From contig NW_005434494.1 of NCBI RefSeq assembly GCF_000315625.1, positions 21,613-85,612 on the forward strand: a DNA stretch of 64,000 bases. Reading direction: 5' to 3'. The notes below the pieces were generated by a model, which worked only from the letters and a program-made list of their open reading frames with translations, searched no databases and was not told where the DNA came from. This document shows, one piece after another, positions 47,242-59,149 of this stretch. Source of the stretch: Guillardia theta CCMP2712 (taxonomy: Eukaryota; Protista; Cryptophyta). The first letter of the stretch is position 1. Every line of letters starts with the position of its first letter. Made by a program: the position numbers and the translations under genes.

Positions 47242-47782
47242 ATGCTCGGTCCCAAGACTGCCCGCGTTTTCATTCGTAGGAGGAAGCATGACGAGAATCC
47301 AGCAGACAAGAAAGAGCAGAAAGAAATCACGTTCACACTCGACATGCTTGAGTCTCTTTTGTCTCTTCGTCAAGTAGATGCAGCAAGGCACCTGGTAAGT
47401 TCCTTTTCAGGATCGTGTATATCTGTCTGATCAATCACCCCAGGGGATTTCACTCACAGCACTCAAGAACGCTTGCAAATACTTGGGAATCGATAATTGG
47501 CCCAAGGCTAGACAGAAGCTTGCTGCTCTACCTTCAGGGGAAATTACGAAGAACTCTCCGCCTGTGCAGTCAACTTCTAACTGTGGTTCAGCGGAACGCG
47601 CTGCTGCGGAACAGGTGTATCCTTTCTTGGATTGTCCAGCATGGGATTTCTGGCAACGTTCTTCAGACAGAGGGGGGACGGAGAACAATACCAACGACTA
47701 TATTAGACGGCCCTGGGGGGTTCAGAGTCTTGAATTGGAAGAATTAATGGACGAAGGCATATCACATACGACGAAATCCTAA
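47242..47782 (+). CDS. RWP-RK-like protein copy 8 (intron 47395-47443); intron-bearing relative of the intronless subfamily
   Basis: MLGPKTARVFIRRRK...ESLLSLRQVDAARHL|gtaagt..cccag|GISLTALKNACKYLGIDNWPKAR...ELEELMDEGISHTTKS*. Confidence 0.88.
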
Positions 47783-49896
47783 TCGCCTTGATTTGTAGAT
47801 GTATGCTGTCAGGGCTGTGATTTCCTCCTTAAATTGTGTTTAATGAAATAGAGTTTGTCGCTCAGTACGATGAGCTCTTTATGCCTTTAGGATCATATGT
47901 CTGTCTGTCTGCAATTATGATCTACAAAACCTTTGACGGACAGTTGTCAACAGTGCTGAATGTTCTCAATGCTTTATCAGGGAAGGGTCTCGATCTATGG
48001 TCTGCTAGATTGAAGAACAAGCAACACGCGTTTAAGGTAATTAATGAATTGGAAACTGCCTTCACTGTGAAGAACCGTCCTCAACCACCACTGAAAGAGC
48101 CTCTCTCTATGCATACCAGAGCGACATTTGACCTCTTCCATGACTGGGATATGGCTATTTTACCAGTTCACTTCAGTACAGCTGGAGAAACTGAGATGCA
48201 TAAAGGTGGCGTGAGGTAGGTAACAGAGTACAAATCAGACTCCTCGTGTTTTGTTTTTTCATTTCACTGCTACTTCTGGAAACTTATTTTTTCGAGGATG
48301 CCGTAAAGGAGTGGATTGATGGAAACATTAACAACAGCAACAAGCAATGAGCAGGTACATTCAACAAACTTGCTTGTGCAAAGAGATGAAGGAGTTACGC
48401 GATTTAATTCAAGTGAAGCTCACCGATTGGGTAACTTGTGTTATCTAGAACGTCACTGTCAGCGCTCATGCTTCTAGATATGTTCTATTTTCCAGGATTA
48501 CACAAATCACGGTAAAAGCCAATAAACATTCGAAATCAACAGACGGAATTGTTAATCATATCACCTCAGTTGTATTCGATCATAGGTCATTACGGCTATA
48601 CTTCATTCTTAGCTTGTTGTTCATGAACAAGGCTCCTGCAAATGGATATCCTACGTGGTCTCAGTGTAATCCTGCCAAAGTATTCTACGAAAAGTCGCAG
48701 ATTGAAATCGACCAATCTTCCACTCTCGTTACCAAAATAACGCACTATGCTGCTGCTCCTTCAAATACTCTCGCTCCTTTCCTCAAGCAATACTAGAGCA
48801 GTCTCATCAGGTTCATTAAAAACAACCCGAAAAAAGTGTATACATGTGGTTTTTGAGGTTTTATTTCCTGAGCGGGCAATCTTCCCGTCTTTTTGGCAAG
48901 GGCCTCCCTGCAGTATCTCGTGTTCCCAGCAACTAATGTTTAGTCAATTATGGTTTCCATACTGATATCAGCCACATTTAGCATTTGATATCTTTGTTCT
49001 TTGAACAGAAATCCTGTCTTGCGCTCGTTCTGGTTTAAAAGTCCGTCACGGCTGGTAGCGTGACTTCCAGCTTAGTAACGTGACTTGGCTTGGTAATGCT
49101 AAATCTTCGCGCTCTAAGCTCACTTCGCACCGATTCGCCCCCACCCCCCAAAAAAGAACTACGTGTGTCATGTACCATTGGTACATGCGTCTCTCAGTAC
49201 CCCCCCCCCCTCCCCCGCCCTCCCCACCAGTCTGCCCCAGCCTGCCCCAGCCTGCCCCAGTCTGTGATCGTTGCACCCCTGCTCCCTCTCCTCCCATCTC
49301 CTTCCATCCCTCCCCATCTTCCCACATTGTCATTGTGTGTCATTGCTGAGGCATTGAGTGCACGCTTTCCCCATCTTTCCTCATCATATCTCTAAGGGTT
49401 GTGAGGTTTTGTCAGTGATGCTGCCACTAAAAATGGAGATGGCTTTTTCGTTTGGTTTGAAGTTTGTTTTTACCCAGTCGTTGGTATATGCGAGTATAAT
49501 CCAACTTTCCTTCAACATTTGTCTATGATTTTCTGGGTCTGATAGAGTCCCCGTCGCAATTGCAGTCATCCAATGACTATCGTCGTTGTTTGACAGCATC
49601 TCCAAGTGGCCGTGAGAATCGATCTATTGCTACTTTGACTATATCAGCGCTTGTGCAATCCATCTACCAATCAGATACACACCCGGGCACAAGCACATGG
49701 TGAAGACAGCGATAATAGATATTGTTTCTTTGTTGTAACATTTTCTTTTTGTCGTATCAGTAAGCTGCATCCCAGATCGGGCAGTAAAGAAACACTGAAA
49801 GAATCAGGCAAACATCATCCTGATAATTCTGCCGAAAACTACAATGTCGATGAAAGGAAAGAGCTTCTGACCGGTTGGTCAAGGTAAAGAGGTTTA

Positions 49897-50335
49897 GGAG
49901 CGTTTCACGCGTGGCCCAGAGGTCCAGATTCCCAGAACCTGTTTGAAATATATTTCAAATATACATGTTTTTAAATGTGAAATTGTCACGATCGTGTCAC
50001 GGTCTTTTCCCCGAGCCAGTCGGCGTACTAATTGGGTGGTATAGGAAGGGTTAGAAATTTTCTAAATACCATCATATGTATCGCGGCATAGAATGGAGCT
50101 TGGGCTAGGCACATTTATGGTCCGGTCAATACCCCACCTCCTGATTCTATCGGTGGGCCCCTGTGGGGGTGCAATCACCCTGCTGACAAACTCGACCACA
50201 ACGGTTCACCATCTCGACCTTTGGAAATAAAATTCTCTTATATACCATTGGTCCAGATGATTTCAAATTTATTGAGTAAAATTAGTACGACGAGCTCTGG
50301 GAATCTGGACCTCTGGGCCACGCGTGAAACACTCC
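49897..50335. mobile_element. PIF/Harbinger (Tourist-like) MITE, family B
   Basis: 40-bp TIR ggagcgtttcacgcgtggcccagaggtccagattcccaga (1 mismatch), TTA on both flanks. Confidence 0.9.
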
Positions 50336-50973
50336 TTAGGTTCCGAGAGCAAGCGCTTCTTCCCCCACACGCATTAGCGTACCCCCTCTATTTCCGGAAA
50401 GAACCCGTCCATGTACACCCGTCCATGTACATGTCTATTTGTAGGTTTTGACTGGCTGGCTAGATTGACGCAGCGCAAGTTGGCGACAGACTTCATGGGT
50501 ACCCGACAAGACCTATCTCTAGATAAACAAATAGATTGACTTCGATCACCCCCTCCCACACAGGGATGGCTGCAGGGTATCACGCCAAGTACAGATGCGC
50601 GCAGATGGAGTTTTAGTCTTGAGATTTTATCTTTATAAAACCGTTTTAAGTGCGCGTGAGATGGACTGATGTAAACCCCCCCTCCCTCTCTCAACCGCTT
50701 ACTAGGCTGTCCTCTGCCCACGCGATAGGGGCTTGCGTGTCCTCTTGCTCCCGGCCTTCACAGTCCTCTGTCAACATCGATTCTGTTCTTATCAGCTCCT
50801 CCTAACTCGCTTCTTTCCTTCAGTAGAACTTTTGAGTGGTTAAGCCGTGTCACCACAACAACAGCTTGCACTTCAATTTGCGTTAGAAACCTCACAAACT
50901 ACATCACCAACACATCAAACAGACAGAGAAAACAAGAAAGATCAGTTTAAAAATCAAGTAAACAACACCCAAC

Positions 50974-51656
50974 ATGAATATGTTCGGCCCCACCTTCGTC
51001 ACCATCCACGTCCGCAAGAAAGCTGGCGACTCCGCCAAGCCCCAGGCCTCAAAGATCTTCCTCACCGCCAGCGACCTCCAGCGCCTCCTCGTCTACAAGC
51101 AGGTCGACGCCGCAAAGCTCCTGGTATGACCCCTGCCTGACCTGTCTGCTAGGGGAGCGCGTGCTGTTTGTGACGGGAGGAGGAGGGCGGGGCTTGATCT
51201 GACGTTGGATGGGAGCAGGGGGTGTCTCTGACGGCGCTCAAGAACGCGTGCAGGCAGCTGGGGCTGGAGAGCTGGCCCAAGGAGCGGAGCCAGCTACTGG
51301 CGGCGAGGAGGAGGGAGGCGTGGGACGTGCGGGAGTGGTTCGGGGGGCAGGAGGAGGGTATCAGTGCTACGGAAGGGACGGAGCAGGAGGAGGAAGCAGT
51401 GGAGGAAGACGGCACAGGCCCAATGCTGGATAGCGCACCGTATCTCGAGAAGTGGTGTGAGGAGGGGGCTGCTTGTGTGAATGAGGAGGAGAAGGGGTTT
51501 GTGAAGGTAGAGAAGGGGTCATGGAAGAACGGGGCTGAGGTGGTGAGAGCAGGTAAAGTCAGGAGGAGGGAGTGGGGGGGATGCCGGGGGGAGGGGCAGA
51601 GGGAGCTGATGGAGGAGGGACTTGTACATGTCTCAAAACCGAATCGGGACCGATGA
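50974..51656 (+). CDS. RWP-RK-like protein copy 9 (FGPTF subfamily; intron 51124-51218)
   Basis: MNMFGPTF...DAAKLL|GVSLTALKNACRQLGLESWPKERS...ELMEEGLVHVSKPNRDR*. Confidence 0.9.
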
Positions 51657-53213
51657 GGCCTCTTGACCAGGTTTTGGTATATGTTAAGTTCTAGATTGAA
51701 GTTAGGATTATGTGCGGAAAGCTTTTAGATGCTTTCATCGCATCATGAAGGATTGATTCTTCTTACATTTCTGTTGATCGATATATATAAACTTGCATCA
51801 CAATATTTCTTTGTTACGATGAGTCAAATATTTCATGAATCTTGTTTGAATTTTCGGTTCATCATTCAAATATTCTCTTGTTGAGGTTCAAAGATCGCAT
51901 ATAAGTCAATGTTTGTATCTCGGAGATTGAGGTGGTCATTCAAACACTCACTACGAGAGAGAGCTTTTCGTCAGCGAGTTGATTTGAGATAAGAAGGAGT
52001 TTTTGCGATGACGTTGTCAGCAGGCTGGGTTGCCCTGGTTTTCTTTCTTGCAGTGAGCAAAATGTGCACCGCGAGGTTCTCAATGCATGCAAGCGTTATT
52101 CCATAGCCAGTGCTGTCTTGGGGGAACCAGAGGCTGTCAAACTTGATCGCACGGACCGAAGCTTCGTGGCTTGTCCAGCAGACGCGTCTCAGTGGTCATG
52201 GATCGGTTGACCTGGTGGTTGATCGAAGAAGTCATCTAGCAAGACACTTGCATGAATGATGCTCATTTTGCATGACACAAGTCGTTGTTGCCGACTGTAG
52301 GGTGGAATGCAAAGTGCTTGCATGATCATCAAGATGAACACAGTCGATCCAGCTTCGTGTGCTCATTCATCAATCTGAATGCTGCTTGTCTACTTTTTTC
52401 CTTACAGAAAACCTCTTTCGTTTGGCGGACATGGGTCTACAACAGGGTCAAGGCATTCCACTGAGACTCTGTTTGATCGATCCATATCATCGCATCATCG
52501 TAGGATTCTTGAGATACGACATCTTCATGTTGCATTGGTCACACTCTCGTGCTAACCTCCTGCGTACTCGCTTCGCTTGTCCTTCCCGTTCTCCTCCTCT
52601 CCGCCGCATGTGCGTCGGGTTGCCGGGAGGGTCCGTTCCATGCACCTTCTCCCTTAGGACACCACCCCACACGCCGCATAATCAGCTACTAAATGATTGG
52701 TCAAGTATTCTTTCACCACCACCTCCTCCTCTTGCCCCACGTCCTCCTCATCCACCTCCTCTGGCATCACCACCTCAAACGCCGCTTCTTCCCCCCCCCC
52801 CCCACCCCTCCTCCTCCAACACCACTTCCTCCTCCTCCTCCTCCTCGACCTCGACCTCCAAAACCTCCTCCTTTTCCTCTTCCTGGACTTTCTCTTCTGC
52901 TAACTCCACCTCCATCTCGACCCCTTTACTATCAACCCTTCACTCTGCTGCACGGGGAGGAGCTCTCTGCCTATAGATCTTCGCCAGACACACGCACACC
53001 CTTCCTTCAAAACCTCCTTATCCCCTGCCCGTGTTCCTCAGCCACATTGTTCCGACTGACGTTGAGTTACCTATCGGTGACTATCATCTCCTCATCAGCC
53101 CCTCACAGCATCTTTGCATCTCACATACTGCTCCTTCCAAGTGCTGTGATACAGCTTGACACTTGTCCACACACTTCTACTCACATAGAGAAGATCAAGA
53201 AAAGCCCTTGATT

Positions 53214-53878
53214 ATGAGCATGTTCGGCCCCACCTTCGTCACCATCCACGTCCGCAAGAAAGCTGGCGACTCCGCCAAGCCCCAGGCCTCCAAGATCTTC
53301 CTCACCGCCAGCGACCTCCAGCGCCTCCTCGTCTACAAGCAGGTCGACGCCGCCAAGCTCCTGGTATGACCCCTGCCTGACCTGTCTGCTAAGGGAGCGC
53401 GTGCTGTTTGTGACGGGAGGAGGAGGGCGGGGCTTGATCTGACGTTGGATGGGAGCAGGGGGTGTCTCTGACGGCGCTCAAGAACGCGTGCAGGCAGCTG
53501 GGGCTGGAGAGCTGGCCCAAGGAGCGGAGCCAGCTACTGGCGGCGAGGAGGAGGGAGGCGTGGGACGTGCGGGAGTGGTTCGGGGGTCAGGAGGAGGGTA
53601 TAAGTGCTACGGAAGGGACGGAGCAGGAGGCGGAAACAGTGGAGGAAGACGGCACAGTCCCAATTCTGGATGGCGCACCGTACCTCGAGCAGTGGAGTGA
53701 GGAGGGGGCTGCTTGTGTGAATGAGGAGGAGAAGGGGTTTGTGAAGGTAGAGAATGGGTCATGGAAGAGAAGGATGAATCTGCAGGAAATTGAAGGAAGG
53801 GGGAGGGAGTGGGGAGCATGCCGGGGGGAGGGGCAGAGGGAGCTGATGGAGGAGGCACTTATACATGTGCAAGCTTGA
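53214..53878 (+). CDS. RWP-RK-like protein copy 10 (FGPTF subfamily; intron 53364-53458)
   Basis: MSMFGPTF...DAAKLL|GVSLTALKNACRQLGLESWP...ELMEEALIHVQA*. Confidence 0.9.
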
Positions 53879-54953
53879 CGTTACGATTTGCGGGTGAGAT
53901 ATTCCTGGAGTGCACGATGATAAATCTCTTTTTTCAAACAGCTTTTGCATTTTTATATATAAGAGGTTCATTGCCTCGAAAGAATTGGTGGTAACTGCAT
54001 GGACTCTTGTGCTGAGGGCATTTTGGTAAATACTTTTCGGTCGTGCTCACGAACGAGGCGTACACTGCAAGGCCATGGAGGAAAACATGGTTCCATAGTC
54101 TTGGGTGGACAGGCAGCTAGTGTCCCTAGTCGCGTCCTATTGTCGAGAGGTCACTTACGTCGACTTTGGTAAAAAAGATCAATGTTACACCAGAAGCGTG
54201 TATGCAAGCTTATCGTGTTTTGCAATGAAAGATTGAATGACGGTGTTGACGTGGATCTCTTCAAGAATCTCATGAACTAAAGACGAGCAATCATCAACAA
54301 TCAATGAGATGGTTTTCTCTTTTTGCTGACAACGACGAAGGCATTCGTGATCCTCCGCATTGTCGTTCTAGCCATGCCCATGTCAGGGCGATTCGACAAA
54401 GTGACGTTTGAGTTCCCGAGAGGGGTATCGATTTTTACCTTTTTTTGAAACAGAGCCCCTCCAGCCCCCACGAAATTTGAAAAAAGTACAATATGTATTT
54501 TACTCAAATAGGTCTGACAGAGAATAACTTTTACTTTTAGGGCTTCTTCACCTCACAACCGGCGCAATCGCAAGTTGGCGTCCTTGTTGACGACAATGAG
54601 AAGGGGGAATTGGAGGTCATGCGCTTGAAATAGAATTGATCCCACAGAAAATGGCAGTCGAAGCAAAAGGGCAATGGCTAATTCAAACTACTAGCCAAGT
54701 CAAGAATTAAAATCCAAACGTTGCAAAAAGACATTTCTCCTCTCCCTACCTCGTGACTTCCTGACTGGCTGGACATGCTCGAAACTTCAACGGTTATGCA
54801 GCTGTTTACTATGACTGAGGAAAGAAAACCGAACCGGAGCAAACATTATTGAATTGTAAAGCATAATATTAAAATTCTCTTGCAGATTTTCAGTATCTGA
54901 TTTGTGGTCCCTTTTCGAGCCCTCATACAGCCCCCTTGGAAGGGCATAACTTA

Positions 54954-55365
54954 GGGCCGTTTCACGCCGAGCCCAAAGCTCGAGTTTTTTCAGAAGTTTT
55001 AAATTCATTTGAAAATTACATGTTTTTAAAGCTGAAATTATCGTGTGTAGCCCATGCTAAGGGTTCGATATTTCATAATAAGTATCCTAGTATTTAGATG
55101 CTATCATACAACCTAGGCTCCCTTTCGATTTGAATTCAAACGATAAGTTTGACCAACTCTAGTCTCCACCCACCCCTTCTTTTATGACATTAAATTAAGG
55201 GTACTCATTTTGCTGACAAACTCGACCGCAACGGTTCACCATCTCGACCTTTGGAATTAAATTGTACTTTTATGTCATTGGTCCAGATGATTTCAAATTG
55301 TTTGAGTAAAATTAGTACCACGCTTGCTGACAAACTCGACCATTGGGCTCGGCGTGAAACGGCCC
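54954..55365. mobile_element. PIF/Harbinger (Tourist-like) MITE, family B variant
   Basis: Perfect 23-bp TIR gggccgtttcacgccgagcccaa, TTA on both flanks; interior shares tgctgacaaactcgacc..acggttcaccatctcgacctttggaa..cattggtccagatgatttcaaatt..tgagtaaaattagtac with 49897-50335. Confidence 0.92.
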
Positions 55366-56152
55366 TTAATAAACCTCTGAGAGAGTGAGCAGTCGAGAGG
55401 GAGGGAGGGAGAGGGAGAGAGGAGAGAGGAGAGGTCGAGCGATATATGGGAGGAAGGGGGCAGAGTACCCCTTCCTCTGAGCTGCAGAGGTGGGGTTATC
55501 TGAGCCGCTGCCAGAGTCTCCCGCCGGCCTAGAGAGTAACCAAGATGAAGAGATCAATCACAACAAGCCATGTCAAAGCAGAAACAGAGTGTCAAGAGGT
55601 GAGGTGAGGATGAGAAATGGAAAGCGAAGGAAAGTGAAGGGAAGTGGAAAGCAAAGGAAAATGTGCATCGCACCGATGAGTGAAGTGGAGATCAGGTGGA
55701 AGCGAGTGAACACGCCTCAGAAATAAAGGACAATTTCCTTAGGAAACGAGAGGACTGAGTTGAACTGCGAAGTGGGATAAGGAAGGACAATAACTTTGTA
55801 CCGATAAAGAGAAGGGGATATGATAACGTGAAGTCTTCAAGTAGCACCAACATTGAACTTGATAAAGATGAAGATTGATTCCAAGTGGTACGAGTAGGTG
55901 TGCAGAAAAAAAATAACTTTTGACTTTTGTGAGGTAGAGCTGTGGTAGAGGGTGATGGGAGATGTGAAGTTCGAACTGGTCCACTCCACAATTATGAACT
56001 TAAACAGAACCATCTCCTGTTGCCCATGACAATTTATCTGCTTGCAGGCTTGAAAGATATCCAAATAATCTGATTCGCGTTCGCATTTCTCTCAGCTATA
56101 CTCGTGGCATCAAGAGACATTGATTTGAACTTCAGCACTTCTACTGTCCATT

Positions 56153-59144
56153 ATGAGGGGATTGAATTTTTTTCTGGAAATTTTGCTCATCCTCCAGCTC
56201 TTCCTATCCTTCGAATCTGCGCTTCGATCCGTTGAGACAGGAAAGTATGCTAAGCTCAAGAGCCGTAAGTCGCGCCAAGGCACTGGATCTCCTCTATCTC
56301 TACGCTTGAAAGGCGGAGAGGACGAGGCAGAGAAGAAAGTTGAATTGAACTCTGTGAGTGTAGTTTTCTGTAATTCACTTGTCAATTTCTTGGTTTACTG
56401 CCTTGCGCGCTTTACCGTTGCAACTCCACTGTTTCTTCTGTCACCGTTGCTTTCTCCACTCTCATTTCCTTTCCCATCTTCCTCATGCTTATGCCCAAAT
56501 CCTGATGCTTTTGTTCACAACCTGACTCTCCTGCGTTCCTCTCACTGTGTCTTCCAGACCGCAACATTGAAAAAGCAGCGCGACAAGATCAAAAGTAAGA
56601 GAGCAAGAAAAGACAGAGCAATGCAGCAAGACAGACAGGATGAAAAGTCAAAGGAGAAAGCAAGACCAAAAGGAACAAGACAGCAATACAGGCGAGATGA
56701 AGAGAAAGAGGAGAGCAAGACAGACGAAATGAGCATACTGGTGGAATCTATCTCACAAATCCAGCGCCGGATCGAGATGTGCCAAGACCCGGCAGAAAAG
56801 CAACGGCTGACCAGTCAGCTTGAGAGGAAGGAGCTCGAGCACAAGCTCACGCTCGAGAGGAAGGAGCTCGAGCACAAGATCGAGATGTGCCAAGACCCGG
56901 TAGACAAGCAACGGCTGACCAGTCAGCTTGAGAGGAAGGAGCTCGAGCACACGGTCAAGCTCGAGAGGAAGGAGCTCGAGCACAAGATCGAGATGTGCCA
57001 AGACCCGGCAGAAAAGCAACGGCTGACCAGTCAGCTTGAGAGGAAGGAGCTCGAGCACAAGCTCACGCTCGAGAAGAAGGAGCTCGAGCACAAGATCGAG
57101 ATGTGCCAAGACCCGGTAGACAAGCAACGGCTGACCAGTCAGCTTGAGAGGAAGGAGCTCGAGCACACGGTCAAGCTCGAGAGGAAGGAGCTCGAGCACA
57201 AGCTCACGCTCGAGAGGAAGGAGGAAGGAGCTCGAGCACACGGTCAAGGTCGAGAGGAAGGAGCTCGAGCACAAGCTCACGCTCGAGAGGAAGGAGCTCG
57301 AGCACAAGATCGAGATGTGCCAAGACCCGGCAGAAAAGCAACGGCTGACCAGTCAGCTTGAGAGGAAGGAGCTCGAGCACACGGTCAAGCTCGAGAGGAA
57401 GGAGCTCGAGCACAAGCTCACGCTCGAGAAGAAGGAGCTCGAGCACAAGATCGAGATGTGCCAAGACCCGGCAGAAAAGCAACGGCTGACCAGTCAGCTT
57501 GAGAGGAAGGAGCTCGTGCTTGACAAACACAGGGCCGAGGTCCGGGAGGAAGAGGCAGAAAGCGCAATTTGGACAGAAAAAACCTTGAGTCGTGATCTGG
57601 TGGGGCACAGGGAGGCGAACAAACTCTTCTTTCTCGATCGATCGCTGTTTGATCCAATCAGCTCGTCACAAGCAGGGGTGCGTGTGCTGTACTGCCGAGA
57701 TTCCTTCAATGAGCAGTGGCGTTTCCTTGACGACCGGGTGTGCAAGGCGGGGTGTCTGGGTTGGATTCTAGGGCCTCCGGGGACGGGGAAGACGACGACG
57801 ACGATGTCCTTCATGCAATCGCGAGGCATGGAGGAGGGATGGAGGGTGATATGCTTTCGGCTGTGGAAGTGGGGAATTGTCGAATTCTTACAGGTTGATG
57901 ATGGCGTATTGAGAAAATGTGAGATGCCTGCCGACAATGCGGGGGCTTGGATACCGAAATTTCTCAGAGAACGGGCACCGAGCGGGAAGAAGACTTTGGT
58001 GTCTATAGATGGTTACCGACAGGGGGAGCAAGCACATGGATTTGTGCTGAGTGCTTGCCTGTATTGGGTTCATCGTGAACTGGAGAATCGGCGGCTTGTT
58101 ATCACAACGTCGATGAGCTCTCGAGCAAAGAAGAGTTCCGAGCAAGATGCGAATGAGAAGGTCGAAGAAATGATGGTGTATTCGTGGACAATGGAAGAGT
58201 ATCTGGAAGCCTGTAGGTACGACGCGTTCTATAAGAGTGTGGCTGATGTGATGAAATGGAGCTTGGATGAAGAAGAGGGAAGCATGGATGAAGGCGAGGG
58301 AAGCATGGATGAGACAGAACAAGAGAGAAGGTCGAGAGAAATCGAGTCAAAGTATCAGATTGTAGGAGGCTCATGCCGATATATGTTTGAACGTAGGACA
58401 GATGAAGCGATCCAAGAACTCCGTGACGGGATAGAGGCTGTTCCTGATTTTGCGTCCCTGTTTGACATGGGGATGGGAGAGCGTGCAAACAATGCTGTGA
58501 ATCGCCTGCATGGGAAGTATCGTGTCGGAGACGAGGTGCACTGGACGCTTGTCAGCAGGTTTGTTTCCATGGAGCTAGCACAGAGGCTTGGAGAAACGTT
58601 TGTGAGGAAGATTGAAGAACTCGTTGACGCAACTGGGAATCCGACACTTCGGGGTTGGTTGTTTGAGATGCTGTTCTTTGCTCGGATACGAGGGGCAGGG
58701 CTGCAGCTTACCACGAGGTCCGAGATAGTCGACGATTGGAAAAGATGTAACGTGATAAGGCTGGAAGCTATGCAAATCCATAAGCTGCAGGAAAAGACAA
58801 AAGTAGCAAGGGTGTGCCTGAAGCCATTGAAATGGAATCAGGGGGGCTACGATGCAGTGATTGTTGACTGGAGTGAAAAATTTGTGCGCTTTGTGCAGGT
58901 AACGACTAGGCAGTCGCATGACCTCAAACTGCGATACATGGCAAAGTGCCTGCAACTTTTGGGCATTGGGAAGGAGGAAGGCTGGAAGGTGGAGATAGTG
59001 TTTGTCGTTCCCGAGGAGATTCTCAACAGCTTCAGCGTGAAGAATGTGGAAAATAAAGGCATTCTTGCAAGGTACGGGTGGACCCGCGGCAATGAAGCGA
59101 TCGAAGCGCAGGTGTTTGGTATGGATCCCAGAACGCGACGGTAG
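56153..59144 (+). CDS. Crinkler/RHS-type P-loop NTPase + PD-(D/E)xK nuclease protein with signal peptide and coiled-coil repeats; frameshifted at about 57224 (pseudogene or sequence error); probable intron 56354-56557
   Basis: Hydrophobic N-terminus, LRLKGG, repeat array, then LYCRD, Walker A WILGPPGTGKT, LVSIDG, LVITTS, SWTMEEY, GGSCRYMF, GWLFE, PLKWNQGGYDAV, FVQVT..SHDLK. This is the NTPase+REase layout of CRN-like effectors. Confidence 0.8.
56771..57516 (+). repeat. Coding tandem array of 75-nt (IEMCQDPxxKQRLTSQLERKELEH-type) and 33-nt (KLTLERKELEH / TVKLERKELEH) modules
   Basis: Direct reading; the modules are near-identical at DNA level. Confidence 0.93.
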
Positions 59145-59149
59145 ACCGG

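Noticed and set aside
56771-57516. Regularly spaced repeats resembling a CRISPR array
   Set aside because: Units are multiples of 3, lie in an open frame encoding a coiled coil and have no unique spacers; the context is eukaryotic with no cas genes.
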